In this document: positions 40,640-54,681 of the stretch, in pieces
Layout of the letters: each line of letters begins with the position of its first letter
How positions within the stretch are numbered: position 1 is the stretch's first letter
From: Camelus ferus
Lineage: Eukaryota
Direction: 5' to 3'
Assembly (NCBI RefSeq): GCF_009834535.1
Contig: NC_045696.1
Coordinates: forward strand, 107,696,001 to 107,760,000
Length of the DNA: 64,000 nucleotides
The notes under the pieces: generated by a model
Databases searched by the model: none
The model's input: the letters and a program-made list of their open reading frames with translations, nothing else
What the model was told of the DNA's origin: nothing
Program-made: the position numbers and the translations under genes

Positions 40640-41595
40640 TTTAAAACTCTGCTCAAAGGATAGTATTGAGAGGAAAAAATGCAAGTCACAGAATGGGAGA
40701 AGACAGGTGCGACATATATGGTTGATATAGAACTTATATCCAGAATACACAAAAACTCCTAAAAATTAGTAAGAAAAAAACAAAAACCTCAATTTAAAAT
40801 GGGCAAAAAAGATGAACAGGCATGCCACAAAAGAAACATGAAAAGGCATGGAAATGTAATATTAAACAATGAGAGATCACACCACATGCAAACTGGCATA
40901 ATTAAATTATGTTAATAAAAATGCTGGCAAGGATGGAGAACAAGTGAAATTTTCACATACTACTAGCAGAAATGTAAATTGCTGCAACTTCTTCAGTAAA
41001 CAGGCATTAGCTAGAAAAGCTAAGGATATGTATATCCTATGACTTAACATTGCCCCACCTTGAGAAACTCCAACATATATGCACCCAGATACATGTGTAA
41101 GAATGCTTATAACAGCATCATTTGCAATGTCAAAATCTTGAAACACAAATATCTGTCAACACAAGTATCTGTAGAAAGGATGAGGATATTAAAATAATTT
41201 ACTACACAGCTATTAAAATGAACTACATTTACAAAAGAACAAGGATAAATCTTAAAAACATGAGTCATAGCCATGCACACACACAAAATGCATATTATAT
41301 GATTTCACTTAACATTAAAGGTCATTAACATTAACCACACTGTTTATTGAGGCATAGTTAAAATTTTAAACTATAAAGCAAAGCAAATTTTAAAGCTACC
41401 ATAAAAGTTGAGATAATAAATAATTCTAGGCAGGATGGATGGACACAACAGTGATTAGGAAGGAAGGGTAATGGTGGCAGGGCTCCAGGAGGGCCATTTC
41501 TTGATCTGGGTGTTATTTACATGCATTTGTACATTATAATAACCACTAAACTTTACATATTTTATGTTCTTCCCTGAGTATGCATTATATTAAAT
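40640..41595 (+). mobile_element. Old L1 (L1ME-like) 3' fragment
   Basis: agaatgggagaag...tatccagaatacac...aaaatgggcaaaa. Confidence 0.7.
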
Positions 41596-41979
41596 TTTAA
41601 GTGTTTAAAATGTTTAACTGGGAAAGCAGGCAGAGACAGGTGCAGAAAGACCAGTTAGAAGGACCCTGCAATAATACAGGTGGGGTACTTGGGAGTAATA
41701 GCAGCATAAGCAATAAGAAGTAGGCAGCAATTTGATTATATTTTAGATTATATCCTAAAGTAGAGCAACATGATTTCTGACTGATTAAACTTGGAACAGA
41801 ACAGAAAAACATGAGTCAAAATAGTGTCAGTGTCTTTGACCTGAGCCACTGGACGGCTGGTCTTGCCATTGATTGAGATGGGGAAGGTTATAAGGAGCAC
41901 TTTGAGAGGGGCTTGAGAGGGGCTCGTTAGAGATAAAATCTATTAAGTCAGAGAAACCCATTCATGTCCAACTGGAAAT

Positions 41980-42078
41980 ATGAAAATGAATATATGTATG
42001 TATATGCATGACTGGGTCATTGTGCTGTACACCAGAAATGGACTCATTGTAACTGACAGTACTTCAATTAAAAAAAAA
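41980..42078 (+). mobile_element. About 100-bp lineage L1 3' terminus inserted in an L2-like region
   Basis: Homologous to 9330-9430; TSD gtccaa(c/g)tggaaat. Confidence 0.75.
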
Positions 42079-43389
42079 GTCCAAGTGGAAATGTTGATAG
42101 GGAACTGAACGTTTAATCCTGGTGTTCAGGAGACTGTTCCATCCTAAAGAAACAGGTTTGAGAGTTGTCAACATATACAGAGATGGATGTTTAATGTCTT
42201 AAGATAGGATATGCTCACTAGAGGAATGAGAGAATTGCCAGAAGAAAACCAAGAGAATATAGTACCCTCATGTTTCAAAGAAAAAGAAGTGATTAACATA
42301 GGTCAAATGTTGCTAGAAGGTCAAGTAAGAAAAGGACTGAGAAATGCCAACTGGATTTAGTGTACAATAATCACTGGTATCTTAGATACAAGAAAGTGAT
42401 GTTATCATTGACCCTAAATAGAACAATATTCTTTTCATCATAAATTAATTATCTAAGTATATTTAGATCTACTTCTCAATTCTGTTCTATTCCCCTGGTC
42501 TACTTATTTACAAAGTGAACAAATAGTTTTAGTTATTTTAGCTTTATAACATATTTTCTCATCTGGCAGGGCTAATTCCTCGTTGCACTTCCTTCATGAA
42601 ATGTCTATTCTTACATAGCAGTTTCTCCCCTAATATGAACTTCATACTTACCTTGTCTAGTCTTTCAAAAAAGAATCTGTTAGCATTTTTTTCTGCACTC
42701 TCATTAAACACACAGAGTATTTAAGATGTAGAACAGTTAAGGCTTAATGACTAGCTGCAGAAGACAAGAAAGAGAAGGTGGGGCCAATATGCATATATTA
42801 AAGTTCTTCAAGTGTAAGATGGAATTATGAAGAAAACAGAGAATTAAAAGAGCAAGCATACAAAAAGTCAACATATAGAAATCAGTTGCATTTCTATACA
42901 CTATATACAAAATTACAAAATAAATTTAAAGCCCCAGCCCACTCACAACAGCATCAAACATAATAAAATACTTAGGTATAAATTTAACCAAGGAGGTGAA
43001 ATATCTGTACTCTGACAACTACAGGACTTGGATGAAAGACACTGAAGAAGACACAGGTAACTGGGAAAAGACCCCAAGTTCATGGATAAAAATATTGTTA
43101 AAATGTCCATACTACCCAAAGCCATCTATAGATTCAATGCAACTCCTACCAAAACTCCAATGGCATTTTTGACAGAGGTAGGGGGAAAAAATCTAAAATC
43201 TGTATGGAACCATGAAAGACCCAGAAGAACCAAAGCAATACTGAGAAAAAAGAATAACACTGGAGGCACCACACTGTCTTATCTCAAACACTACTACAAG
43301 GCTACAGTGACCAAAACAATATGGCATGCTGTGAGTAGATTACAGAGGGGAATACAGAATCATAGTGAGGGACTTAAAAGTTGGGCAAG

Positions 43390-43517
43390 GGGGGAGAGTC
43401 CAGCTCAAGTGGTAGAGAACATGTTTAGCATATATAAGGTCCTGGGTTCAATCTCCAGTACTTCCTCCAAATATAAATAAATAAATAAACCTCCCCTTTA
43501 TAAAACAAAGGAAAAAC
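43390..43517 (+). mobile_element. tRNA-Ala-derived SINE (Vic-1-like), nested in the retrocopy
   Basis: Perfect TSD aaaagttgggcaag at 43376-43389 and 43518-43531. Confidence 0.9.
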
Positions 43518-43752
43518 AAAAGTTGGGCAAGATACCTGAACACATTACAGAACAGTGTTTGATTTATAGTAAGGGCTCAATATATGTTAACTATGACTAT
43601 TTGTAGGGTGAAACACATTCCCACATTCCTGGTATTTTCTTACATAAAGAAACAATATAGTGTCTCTTTCCATTCTGTGGGAGGAGGAATGACTTACTAG
43701 ATTGGAGAGTTCTGTAAAAGAATTATGTGTTCTGTGCTCGTATCCCCTGTCT

Positions 43753-43797
43753 CACACACACATGCACATGCACGCACGCGCGCGCACACACACACAC
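43753..43797. repeat. Alternating purine-pyrimidine (CA/CG) microsatellite
   Basis: cacacacacatgcacatgcacgcacgcgcgcgcacacacacacac. Confidence 0.85.
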
Positions 43798-46066
43798 TCT
43801 CAGCCTGCCTTCATTCCTGAATCCTTTTTTTCTCCTTAAGGAGATCTATGGTTTTCTAGTACTGACTGTATTTGGATGAATAAACTGATGAGTAAATTAC
43901 ATTTGTACAACAGACCTAAAATGATATTTGCCTATTGTTTTATCCATAATAAAAATGATACTTAAAAAAAATATGTCATGGCATAAAAAGAGAAACACAG
44001 ACCAACAGAACAGAGTCAAGAGCCCAGAAACAAACTCTCACGTATACAATCAACTCATTTGACAAAGGAGCCAAGAACACTCAATGGGGAAAAGATAATC
44101 TCTTTGATATATGGCAGTGGGAAAACTAGATAACTGCATGCAGAAAAATGAAATTGGACCCATATCTTATACTACTCACAGAAATTAACTCAAAATGGAT
44201 TAAAGACTTAAAGACCTGAAACTGTAAACTTCTAGAAACAAACATATGGGAAACACTCCCTGACACTGGTCTTGGCAATAATTTTATGGATGACACCAAA
44301 AGTACAAGAAATAAAGGAAAAATTAATAAGTGGAGCTACATCAAACTAAAAAGCTTCGGCACAGCAAAAGAAACAATCAATAAAATGAAAAGGCAACTTA
44401 CTGAATGGGAGAAAATATCTGCAAATCCTGTATCTGATAAGGGGTTAATATCCAAAATACATAGAGAACTCACACAACTCAGTATCAAAAAAAATCTGAT
44501 TAAAAAGCAGGCAGGGGATCTCAATAGACATAGTTCCAAAGAAAACACACACATGGTACATGAAAAGATGCTCAACATCACTCATCATCAGGGAAATGCA
44601 AATCAGAACCACAGTGAGGTTTTTAGCCTCACACCTGTCAGAATGGCTGTTATCAAAAAGAAACAAGTGTTAGTGAGGATGTGGAGAAAAGGGAACACTT
44701 GTGCACCGTTGGTAGGAATGTAAATTGATACAGCCACTGTGGAAAACAGTATACAGGTTCCTCAAAAAATTAAAAATAGAACTACCATCCAGTGGGATTC
44801 CACTTCTGGGTATATATACAAGGGAAATAAAATCAGGACCTCAAAGCGGTATCTGCACTCCCATGTTCACTGCATTACTCACAATAGCCAAGATATGAAA
44901 ACAACCTAAGTGTCCATCAATGGATGAGGAGATAAAGAAAATGTGACACACACATATACACACAGGATTATCCACTGGATATCCACAGTGATAAAGAAAA
45001 TGTAATATAGACATACACACAGACACACACAGAGGAATATTATTTAGCCATGAGAAAGAAGGAAATGCTGCCACGTGTGACATGAATGGACCTGCAGGGC
45101 ATTTCACTTAACATGTGCTAAGGAAGATAAGTCAGACAGAAAGAGACAAATACTGTACAATCTCACTTATATGTGGAATCTAAAAAAGTTGAACTCATAG
45201 AAAAAGAATGGTAATCACCAAGGACTGGGGTGGGGGCGGGATGGGGCAGGCAAGGGGAAAATAGAGAGATGTTGGTTAAAAGATATAAACTTCCAGTTAT
45301 AAGATGAATAAGTTCTGGGGATCTAAAGTATAGTATGGTGATTACAGTTAACAATATTGTATTATATACTTGAAAACTGCTAAGTGAGCAGATCTTAAAT
45401 GTTCTCACCACAAAAAAGAGATGGTAATTATGTGAGGTGATGGAGGTGTTATTAGCTAACTAATGCTACTGGGGTTAACCATTGTGCAAAATGTGAGTAT
45501 CAAACAACATATACCCTTTAAACTTACATCATGTTACATGTCAATTATTTCTCAATAAGACTGGGAAAATGTTTTTAAAATAAGAAAAAATAGTTTAGAA
45601 TAAGTTCCAGCACGTCTGTAGGGAGAGGAAGAAAGGATGGCCTTAGCCAGAGGAATTGATCCCACACCTCCGTTCTTACCAGGCAGGAAGACAACTGGGG
45701 TAGCACCAGGTGGGTATGGCATATACAGATTTAGTGGGCAAAAGTTCAAGGAATTCTGCTTTGTGCAGGAAGTTAAGAGATGTGGTCACCTTTATTTTTA
45801 AAGTCCATCCTAAACTGAACATTGAACATTTAGGTTGCTTTCAATCTGTCACTAAGAATAGAATAGTTGAGTCAAGGGGTAAGCATTTTGCTAAATTTTA
45901 GTTCCTTCTGCCAAACTACCCTTGAGAAAAATGTTTCCTCTTTATACTTCTATGTACACCATTTTGATATTGGATGACTCTCTCTCCTTTTAGCCCCCTA
46001 ATCTGTCTTGACACTTATTGCTCATTATTGCTAAAAATATTTTAAGAGGAAAACATTGATTTTTCT

Positions 46067-46240
46067 GGGGGTGGGTGTAGCTCAAGTGGTCGAGCACATG
46101 CTTAGCATGCATGAGATCCTGGGTTCAACCCCCAGTAACTCCTTGAAAAATAAACATCTGATTACCTCCCCATCCCCTGCCAAAATAAAATAATTAAATA
46201 ATATGATGATAAATCAATATTTTTAAAAAATTTTTTTAAA
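46067..46240 (+). mobile_element. tRNA-Ala-derived SINE (Vic-1-like)
   Basis: tagctcaagtggtcgagcacatgcttagcatgcatgagatcctgggttcaacccccagta followed by tail. Confidence 0.9.
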
Positions 46241-46270
46241 AGACTGATTTTTAAAAATTTTTTTTTCAGC

Positions 46271-46396
46271 TTTTTTTTTTTTTTTGAGGGGGGAAGTAAT
46301 TAGGTTTATTTATTTTTGGAGCCGGTACCGGGGATTGAACCCAGCACCTCATGTATGCTGAGCATGCACCCCACAACTTGAGCTATATCCTCCTCC
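46271..46396 (-). mobile_element. tRNA-Ala-derived SINE (Vic-1-like), minus strand
   Basis: Poly(T), then ggggattgaacccag...gcatgc...ttgagctata. Confidence 0.9.
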
Positions 46397-46939
46397 TGAT
46401 TTTTTTTTTAATCAGGTTAAGGGTGATTACCCATGTATAATTTAAAACAGGCTTCATTTAAAAATAATTTTTAAAATGTCATTCCATCTACATCATGTAA
46501 TAAAGATATGTACCTCTCATAGTAAAGTTGGAGATCAGATTTATCATCACCATCATAGGCAAAATGTAATAAAATGGCAAACAGCGAAGAAATAAAGATG
46601 GGAATAAGAAATAACTTCCCAATAAAGCAGATTACAGAAAAACTTTCCATGAGAAACTTTTTGAATAGGATTCAGTAGTAAACAATCATCTGTCTGGGCA
46701 GAGAATAGAATCCTCTGATTACCTGAAACTCATTTGCAATTCAGATCAACAAGTAAAATCAACCACTAGTGAAGTACACAAGCACATTCTCCCACTGAGC
46801 ACCACTCCCTGCCCTGCCCCACCCCGAGCTACAGACTGCATGCAAACATTCTCTCCATCAAGACCTTATCATCACCACAATGAAAGCCAAAGAGAGTACA
46901 GATAACAAGCCAGATCTGGGTCAGGAATTATTGTTATTA

Positions 46940-47137
<198 letters not shown>

Positions 47138-48309
47138 TTACAGAGGTGTTCAAGGCATTATCTGCAGAAAGACAGAGGTAACAATAAAAGTACATTTGGC
47201 TTTCAGTCACAGAAATTCTATCCTAGAGGCAAGAGACCTAATCTGTACAGTTTCTTTCTTTCAGAATTATATACGCAATTTCTCCCCATTACTGGTGGGA
47301 TGGCTGGTATATTACTTTCTGGGGCAAATAACCTCTCCTCTCCTTGGCAAGGCAATAGTTTCCTGAAAGCTCCCTGACCAAGACATGAACTCAGAATTCT
47401 ACCACTCTTACCCAAGCTCCAAACACACCTCAGGCCAGGACCCCTGTCTGCACAAAGGTGGCTGGAAGGATTCATGAAAACATCAGGCAGAACATACAGG
47501 GCCAACACTTATCCTGAAGCCATGACCTCCACTTGGCGCCCCTTCACACCCTCCACAGAGGGTCCCCAATAGTTATAAGGCAGGGCTAAGAGGCAAGTGC
47601 TACTTTACTCTAGTCTTCAATGTCTGCCCACCCTAGACAGGGCCCAATGGGCAAAAGGGAGGTATCAGGAGCTAGAAAGGCTCCACAGAGACAATGGTGT
47701 TGTGAAGGGCCAAGCCTCAGGCCACTTTCTGGGAAAAATAAGATATCCCAGGGGGCAGGAGGGCCCAGGCAAGAAAAAAGCTCAATGACTCCTTGCCCAA
47801 CCCCTAGCTTTTGTTCTCCCCTGAGCCCCATCAGCTTAAGAGAAGTATGTCCCTGTCCTGGCTCTAAGCCCAATTTCTATAATTCACAGGACATAGTTCA
47901 GGACAGTACAAAGGGGCATCTCCAGAGAGGATTCTGAGAAGACGGCACAGTAGGAAGCACCAGGCATCTGTCTCCCCACCTGGACAAAAATTGCACTGTC
48001 TGATGTAACTTTTTGGAACTCTGGAGCCTCCCAAGGGCTTGCAACTTCCAGGGGAAAGATTTGGACGGCAACTTGTGGTTAATTTCAATTTCAGCTCTCA
48101 GCATCATAGTAGCTACCCCTAGCCACTCCCTACCCTCAGCCACCAGGCATGCAGCTGTGCAAGTGTTCCTAGAGCAGCTTACACAAAGGTAGGTAAAAAG
48201 GAACTGGCCCCCCAAGTATCAGGGATCTATGATCTGAGGTCCAGCTGCTGATTCTGATCAGAAGTGCAGTTAGAGAGGTAGGCAGCCTCACCCTACAGGT
48301 CAACATTAC

Positions 48310-49515
48310 TTACATTAGGGAAATGCAAATCAAAACCAGACTGAGATACCACATCATACACATTAGGATGGCTACTATCAAAAAAACAGAAAACAAGTAG
48401 TGTTGGTGACGATGTGGAGAAATTGGAACCCGTGTACACTATTGATAGAACTGTAAAATGGTACAGCCACTATCGAAAACAGCATGGTGGGTCCTCAAAA
48501 ATTTAAAAATAGAATTATCACATGATCCAGAAATTCTACTTCTGGTGATATACCAAAAAGAATGGAAAACAGGGTCTCAGGGAGATAATCTGTAATCCAC
48601 ATTCATGGCATCATTACTCACAATAGCCAAAAAGTGGACTCATCCCAAATGCCCCTCAAAAGATGAATGGATAAACAAAACGTGGTATGTACACACAATG
48701 GAATATTACTCAGCCTTAAAAAGGAAGGAAATCCTGTCACATGCTACAACACAGATGAAACTTGAGATGTTATGTAATAGAAAAGAACAAATCTGACTCT
48801 ATATTAAATCTGTTCCTTTAGCTTTAACCACTGTGCCCTGTTTTCTAGGCTTAGTCTTGCTAGCTATGCACTCACATAAAGACAAAAAGTTGCAGAATAC
48901 AGAATAACATTTTTGTTGGAGGCTTTGCAGGAGCACCATGACCTGGCCCACGTGGACAGCTGCAGGAACAAAGAATTCCTACACCGAGAAGTTTGCAATA
49001 ACCAACCACACCCCCACCCCCCCATTTTTTGTATGAAAGGAGCCTGTATTCTGACTGGGGAAGGATGGTTCTCCAAGACATTTGTCTGCCATCCTCTCGG
49101 TCTGCCAGCTTTCCAAATAAAGTCACTATTCCTTGCCCCAACACCTTGTCTCCCAATTTACTGGCCTGTCGTGTGGTGAGCAGAACGAGTTTGGACTCGG
49201 TAACAGTTATCCTAAGTGAAATAAGCCAGTCACAAAACCAAAAATATTGTACAATTTTACTTACGTGAGGTGTTTGATCAAAATTATAGAGACAAAGTAG
49301 AAAGGCGGTTACTAGGGGTTGGGGAGGTGATAACACGGAGTAATTTTGTAATGGGTATAGAGTTTCAGTTTTGCAAGACAAAAAGTTATGGAGATGGATA
49401 ATGGTGATAAGGCACATAAAATTATGAATGTATTCAACACCACTGAACTATACATTGAAGAATGTTTTCGTAAGTTTTATGTGTATTTTAACACAATTAT
49501 TTTTAAAAGTTGAAA
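48310..49515 (+). mobile_element. L1M 3' end interrupted by a solo LTR
   Basis: cattagggaaatgcaaatcaaaacc...; KCPSKDEWINKTWYVHTMEYYSA remnant. Confidence 0.85.
48773..49205 (+). mobile_element. Solo ERV1 LTR (MER41-like)
   Basis: TGTAA...TAACA ends; 4-bp TSD GTTA at 48769-48772 and 49206-49209; AATAAA near 49116. Confidence 0.85.
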
Positions 49516-51571
49516 AAAATTGTCCACATTTTGCAAAAAAAAATCAAGGTGGAGGGGTAGGCTTCCAGCTATGACAGAGTAAAGAGTTCAGAAAATACTC
49601 TCTTCAAAAACAACTATAAAATTGGACTAAACTGTCAAAAACAAACATTTCAGGGCTCTGAAACTGGATCAAACATTAACAAATTGCAGAGTGTTTATTA
49701 ATGAAAAACTGCTAACTATGAGATAAGAACAGTAGGAGTCAATGGCATTCATAACTAAGGCTGCTACTGTTGCCCACACGAGCTCAGGATGTCCTTCAGG
49801 GTGAAAGAAAACACCAGATGGTAATTCAAATCCACAAGAAGTAAGAACTCAAATGGTAAATATGTAGCTAAATCTACAATACTGCATAAATATAGTTCTC
49901 TTTCTTTTCTTGATATGTCAAAAAACATGACTGCATAAAGCAGAAGTTCTAATACTTTGTAGCTGGGCTAATAATAACATCAGGTATGAAACAACAACAG
50001 CACAAAGAAAGCGGGATAAAAATGGAGCTATATTGGACCAAAGTTCCCATATTTTACCAGAATTAAGTCAGTATTAATTTGAAGTAGATTGATAAATTTA
50101 CATATTGTAACCTTTCGAGTAAACACTTAAAAAAAATCTCAAATGCAGTTTTAAAAAGTCAGAAATTGCAAAGGTACATTAAAAATATGTGTTTACCATA
50201 AAAGTTGAGTGATGTCACTATGATGGAACAGGAAGTTCTAAAGAATCCATCCCTCCAACAAAACAACTACTGAGCTGGCAGGAACTGTCTGAAGCAACTA
50301 TTTTGGAACTCTGGAGTCTAGGGGAACATGTAGCTTCCAGGGGGAGTTTCCTGAAGAAGTAGGTAAATTTCCATCCATTTCCACATTTAGCATAGTAGCT
50401 AACATCCCCCAGCCTACAACTCTGTGGCAGGCAGCCACAGAGACTGGCAGCGTGTATTCCAGTGTGGCTAGCTGGTGTCAGGGTAGGCAAAAGGGCCTGT
50501 CCTCCAAAAATCAAGGTTGTGTGTTTTGATCAAGGGTTTTGATCACTGAGGATCAAGCACAGAGGCTGACCACTGTTTTGACCCTGACAGGTTCAAGCAG
50601 TTTCCCAGGTGAGTTGGGATTTAAAGAGACAGTTCATCTCTTCTGCGAGCCAGACATTTAAGGAAATCTTCGTCAGGTCACCGGGTGACTGCAGAGACAA
50701 TGGAACTAAAACTTCAGTGACCACACAATATGGAATGTGCTTTGCAAAAACAGGTTGGAAAAGTCACAGATAGATAGACAGATCCAACCCCCAACAAGCA
50801 AAAATCAGCAATCTCTGAGAAGTGGGAGAATTAGATTTCCAACATTACCAAATGTAACTCAACTTCCAGTACTTGACCAAAAAACAATCACTGAACACAC
50901 AAAGAAACAAGCTAGTATGGCCCAGTCACAGGGGAGAAAAAAGAATCTGACAAAAAACCATCCCTGGGGAAGCCCAGACATTGGAATTATGAGTCAAATA
51001 TGTTATATATGAACTGTCTTAAATGTGTTCAACAAGCTAAAGGAAACCATAGGGAAAAAACTAAAGGAAATCAGGAAAACAATGTCTGAACAAAATGAGA
51101 ATGCCAATAAAGAAATAGAAATAGAAAGAGAAATCAAGCAGAAACTCTGCAGTTGAAAAGTACAATAACTGAAATGAAAAGCTGACTTAGAGGCGTTCAA
51201 CAGCAGATTTCAGCAAGCAAGAGAACTTCAGAGAACTTGAAGACAAGACAACTGAAACTAACCACTCTGAGGAACAGAAAAAAAAAACAACAACAACAGG
51301 AGCTGAATGACCTCTGAGAAAGCATCAAATGTACCAACATACACATTATGAGACTATCAGGAGAAAAAATGTGCTTCCGATGTAAAATAAGCATACAGGT
51401 CAACAGAAAATAATTGAGCCCACGAATAAGCCCTTACATAAATTTATGGTCATTTGATTTTCTTCTACCGAAGTACCAAGATAGTCAAATGGGGAAAGTC
51501 ATGTCAATCAATGGTGGTGGGATAGGATGTATTTAGACTCTGACCTCATAGCATACTCAAAAATTAACTCA

Positions 51572-51708
51572 GGAGGCAGCATATAGCTCAGTGGTAGAGT
51601 GTGTGCTTGGAATGCACAAGGTCCTGGGTTCAATCCCCAGTACCTCTATTAAAAAAATAAATAAACCTAATTACAACCTCCCTCAAAAACAAACAAACAA
51701 ATATTTTT
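51572..51708 (+). mobile_element. tRNA-Ala-derived SINE (Vic-1-like)
   Basis: TSD aattaactca at 51562-51571 and 51709-51718. Confidence 0.9.
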
Positions 51709-52310
51709 AATTAACTCAAAAGAAATCTCAGACCTAATATGAGAACCAAAACTTATAAAACTCCATGAGGAAAAAAAAAAAAGACTCCAGACAAAATCTT
51801 CATGACTTTGTATTGGGCAGAATTCTTACAGATGACAACAGAAGCACAAGCCACAAAAGAAAAACACTGATAAACTGGACTTCAAAATTTCAAACTTTTG
51901 CACTTCAAATGCTACCATTAATAAAAAGGCACAGACTGGGAAAAATACTTGTAAATCATATATCATCCATTAGAGGACTTGTATCCAGATTATATAAAGA
52001 GCTCTTATAAGTCAAAAACCCAATTACAAAATGAGCAAACAAACATTCCAGTAGATATACAAATGACTAACACATACATAAGAAGTTACTCAACAGGATT
52101 AGTCAGCAGGGAAATGCAAATTAACATTAAAGGAGGTACTACTACATACCACTGCAACGACCATAATGAAAAAGGCTGACAATACTAAGTGTCAACAAGC
52201 ATATGGAGAACTTGAAACCCTCAATATGTGGCTTGTGGTTAATGTAAAACGGTAGCTACTTTGGGGAAAAAATTGGCAGTTTCTTAAAAAGTGATATATA
52301 AACTTATCAT

Positions 52311-52904
52311 AGTGAAACTCAGCAGGAACCTGTGAGTTCCCAAGTACAAAGGCCTTTCTGTGTGCCCCATTTCTTGTTTATAGGAAAAAAGTTTCAGCCT
52401 TCTAGGCCTTCCAAGAGTTTCAAAGAGCAGATTCAAACAGTTACTAATTAGGGGAATGAGGGAATTCAGAAAGAAAACAATGGTAAGGCATGGAGCCTGG
52501 GCCTGCTTCCTTTTGGAGGGGGATGTGCATAACAACTTGATACATATCTCTGAGTTCTTCTACTGGAACTAAGGCTCACACCAAGTGGAGGATGGTAAAT
52601 TCAGGCTGAGCACAAGCCCTGGACCCCAGACTAGTTGGAACTAGAGGCTGACGATTGAGATTCCCAAAACATCACCTTGTTACTCCACCACTAACCAATC
52701 AGAGGAAGGTCACACACCTGCCCACTCCCTCACCTTCCCCTTAAAAACTCTCCCCTGAAACCCAGTAGGGAGTTTAGGTCGTTTGAGCATGAGCTGCCCC
52801 ATCCTCCTTCCTTGATCCTACAATAAACCTTTTTCTGATCCAAACTTATTTTGGTTTGTTTGGCCTCACTGTGCATTGGGCACAGGAACTTACGTTTGAC
52901 AACA
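52311..52904 (+). mobile_element. Solo ERV LTR inserted in an L1 3' region
   Basis: Interrupts L1 at cttatcat|...|tgaccc. Contains CCAAT, a TATA-like cttaaaa and AATAAA, and ends in AACA. TSD unclear. Confidence 0.7.
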
Positions 52905-54681
52905 ATTTGACCCTAACAATTCCACACTTAGGAATCTACTTAAGGGTTATGAAAACATATGTCTGCTCACTGAGTTATATACAAATGTTCATAGCATTAT
53001 TTATGATAGTCAAAAAGTAGAAACAACCTAAATGTCCAGCTAGTGGGTGGATTAACAAAATGAGGGATATCTAAATACTATTCAGCAATAAAAAATAAAC
53101 CATTGATACATAGTACAATATGAATGAACCTCAAAAATATTATGTTCAATGAAAAGACTCAAATGCAAAAATTGTAGAGGCAGAAAGCTGATCACTGGCT
53201 CCCTAGGGCTGGGTAGGAACTGACTGTAGGCAGGCAGGAGGGATCATTTTGGAGGGAAAGACTCTAAATCAGAGGTTATGGTGATAGTTGCACAACTCTA
53301 AATTTATTAAAAATTGTTGAATTGTACACTTACAATGGGTGGATTTTATGGTTTATAAATTATACCTCAAGAAAGCTGTTTTTAAAATAACAAAGTCATG
53401 GAAGACAAAGAAAAACCAAGAAAATGCTCCAGATTAGAGATGAAAGAGATACGACAACTAAAGATAGCACTTAATCCTTGATTGGATGGGGTGGGGGGAA
53501 TAACTATAAAGGCCTTATTTGGATATTTAATGAAATATGAATACAAACCATGAATAAGAGTAATATTAATAAATCAATATTAAGTTTCCCAATTATTATA
53601 CTGTTTATACAAGAGAATGTCCTTATTCTTGGAAAACATACAATGAAGGATTTAAGAGATATAGGAGGCATAGTCTCCAATTTACTCTCAAATGTTTTGG
53701 AAAAATGCAACATGCAAATATGTACATATGGAGAGAAAATGATACAGCAAATGAGCAAAATGTAAGTAACTGGTGAACGTGAAAGGACACATGGGAGTTC
53801 TTTTGCTCCCCAGTGGGTGATCCCCAGAGCTCAAGTTTAAAGATTAAAAAGTAGGTTTAACATCTACAAAGCGCCTTCTCCCACAACTAGCAGAGTATCG
53901 TACACAAAGTAAGTACACATTTTTCTGACCAATCACAAAATGCAATGGCCGAAAATAAAACCCTCATAAGCCTGCAGCCCAGGGGATGACCAGAGCAGCT
54001 GGCCTGATTAGAAACAATGTCTGCCTGTCTCTGTCCTTCCTTCCCTCCCCTCCCTGGAAAGGCTGATCTGTCCCTTTTCTCAAGTTTCTATCTGGCAGTG
54101 TCTCTCCCTCACCCCAATCTCCCGTACTGTACTCTCACGACATACTTCCCACTTCACATACTTTCCACTTCAAGTAATGCATTTAGTTTATTTTTGTTTC
54201 TTTTCACCTCTTTCTCGTCTAGTCTGTAAGAAAAAGCAGAGAGATACCAGAAATGATGTTCACCAAATGCTTCTGCATTGGTGGGATCTGGGGTTTCTTT
54301 CTTCTTTATATCACAGCTTGAACTTTATATAATGACCTTGCAGTGTTTTAACCAAAAGAAGTATTGTTTTAAAATTTCTAATTCTAGCAAATCAGCTCAT
54401 TTGAACCTTTTACATTCCCTCTTCTATGCTTTTGGAAAAAAAAATTTTAAGTGATTTCTTTTCTGACAGATCTTTAATTTTGTTTTCCCCTAAGGCCTCT
54501 ATGAGAGAAAAAGGAAACCCTGCCCACCTAGTCTCTTGCCTTCATCCACCCTTCATGCCACCCTCAGCAACACAGGAAGGAGCCACAGAATACAATGAGG
54601 AGAGATGGGGAGGCTCTGACCAGGACACTGCTTAGGGAACTAAGCCCTGCACTCTTTTATTCTCGATTAAGGGTTTCTCAC

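Larger units (their letters stand above)
43329..43964 (+). pseudogene. Retrotransposed 3'UTR-like RNA fragment (5'-truncated retrocopy)
   Basis: 16-bp TSD with 14/16 identity (43313-43328 and 43965-43980). AATAAA at 43948-43953 followed by an A-run. The host L1 resumes. Confidence 0.7.
42860..45590 (+). mobile_element. Degenerate L1 (L1MA-like) ORF2 3' half plus 3'UTR, interrupted by a retrocopy
   Basis: [11 protein letters not shown] and KINKWSYIKLKSF remnants; L1MA-like 3'UTR. Confidence 0.88.
49555..53850 (+). mobile_element. Cluster of old L1 fragments (5'UTR-, ORF1-, ORF2- and 3'UTR-like pieces)
   Basis: ORF1-like at about 50900-51360; ORF2/3' end at about 51400-53390. Confidence 0.7.

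Noticed and set aside
46505..46600. Pseudoexon in intron 6 (donor-like GAG|gtacat at about 46513)
   Set aside because: No suitable AG acceptor after the upstream pyrimidine tract.
48773..49205. Interferon-inducible (STAT1/GAS) enhancer in the MER41-like LTR
   Set aside because: No intact TTCNNNGAA motif found by eye.
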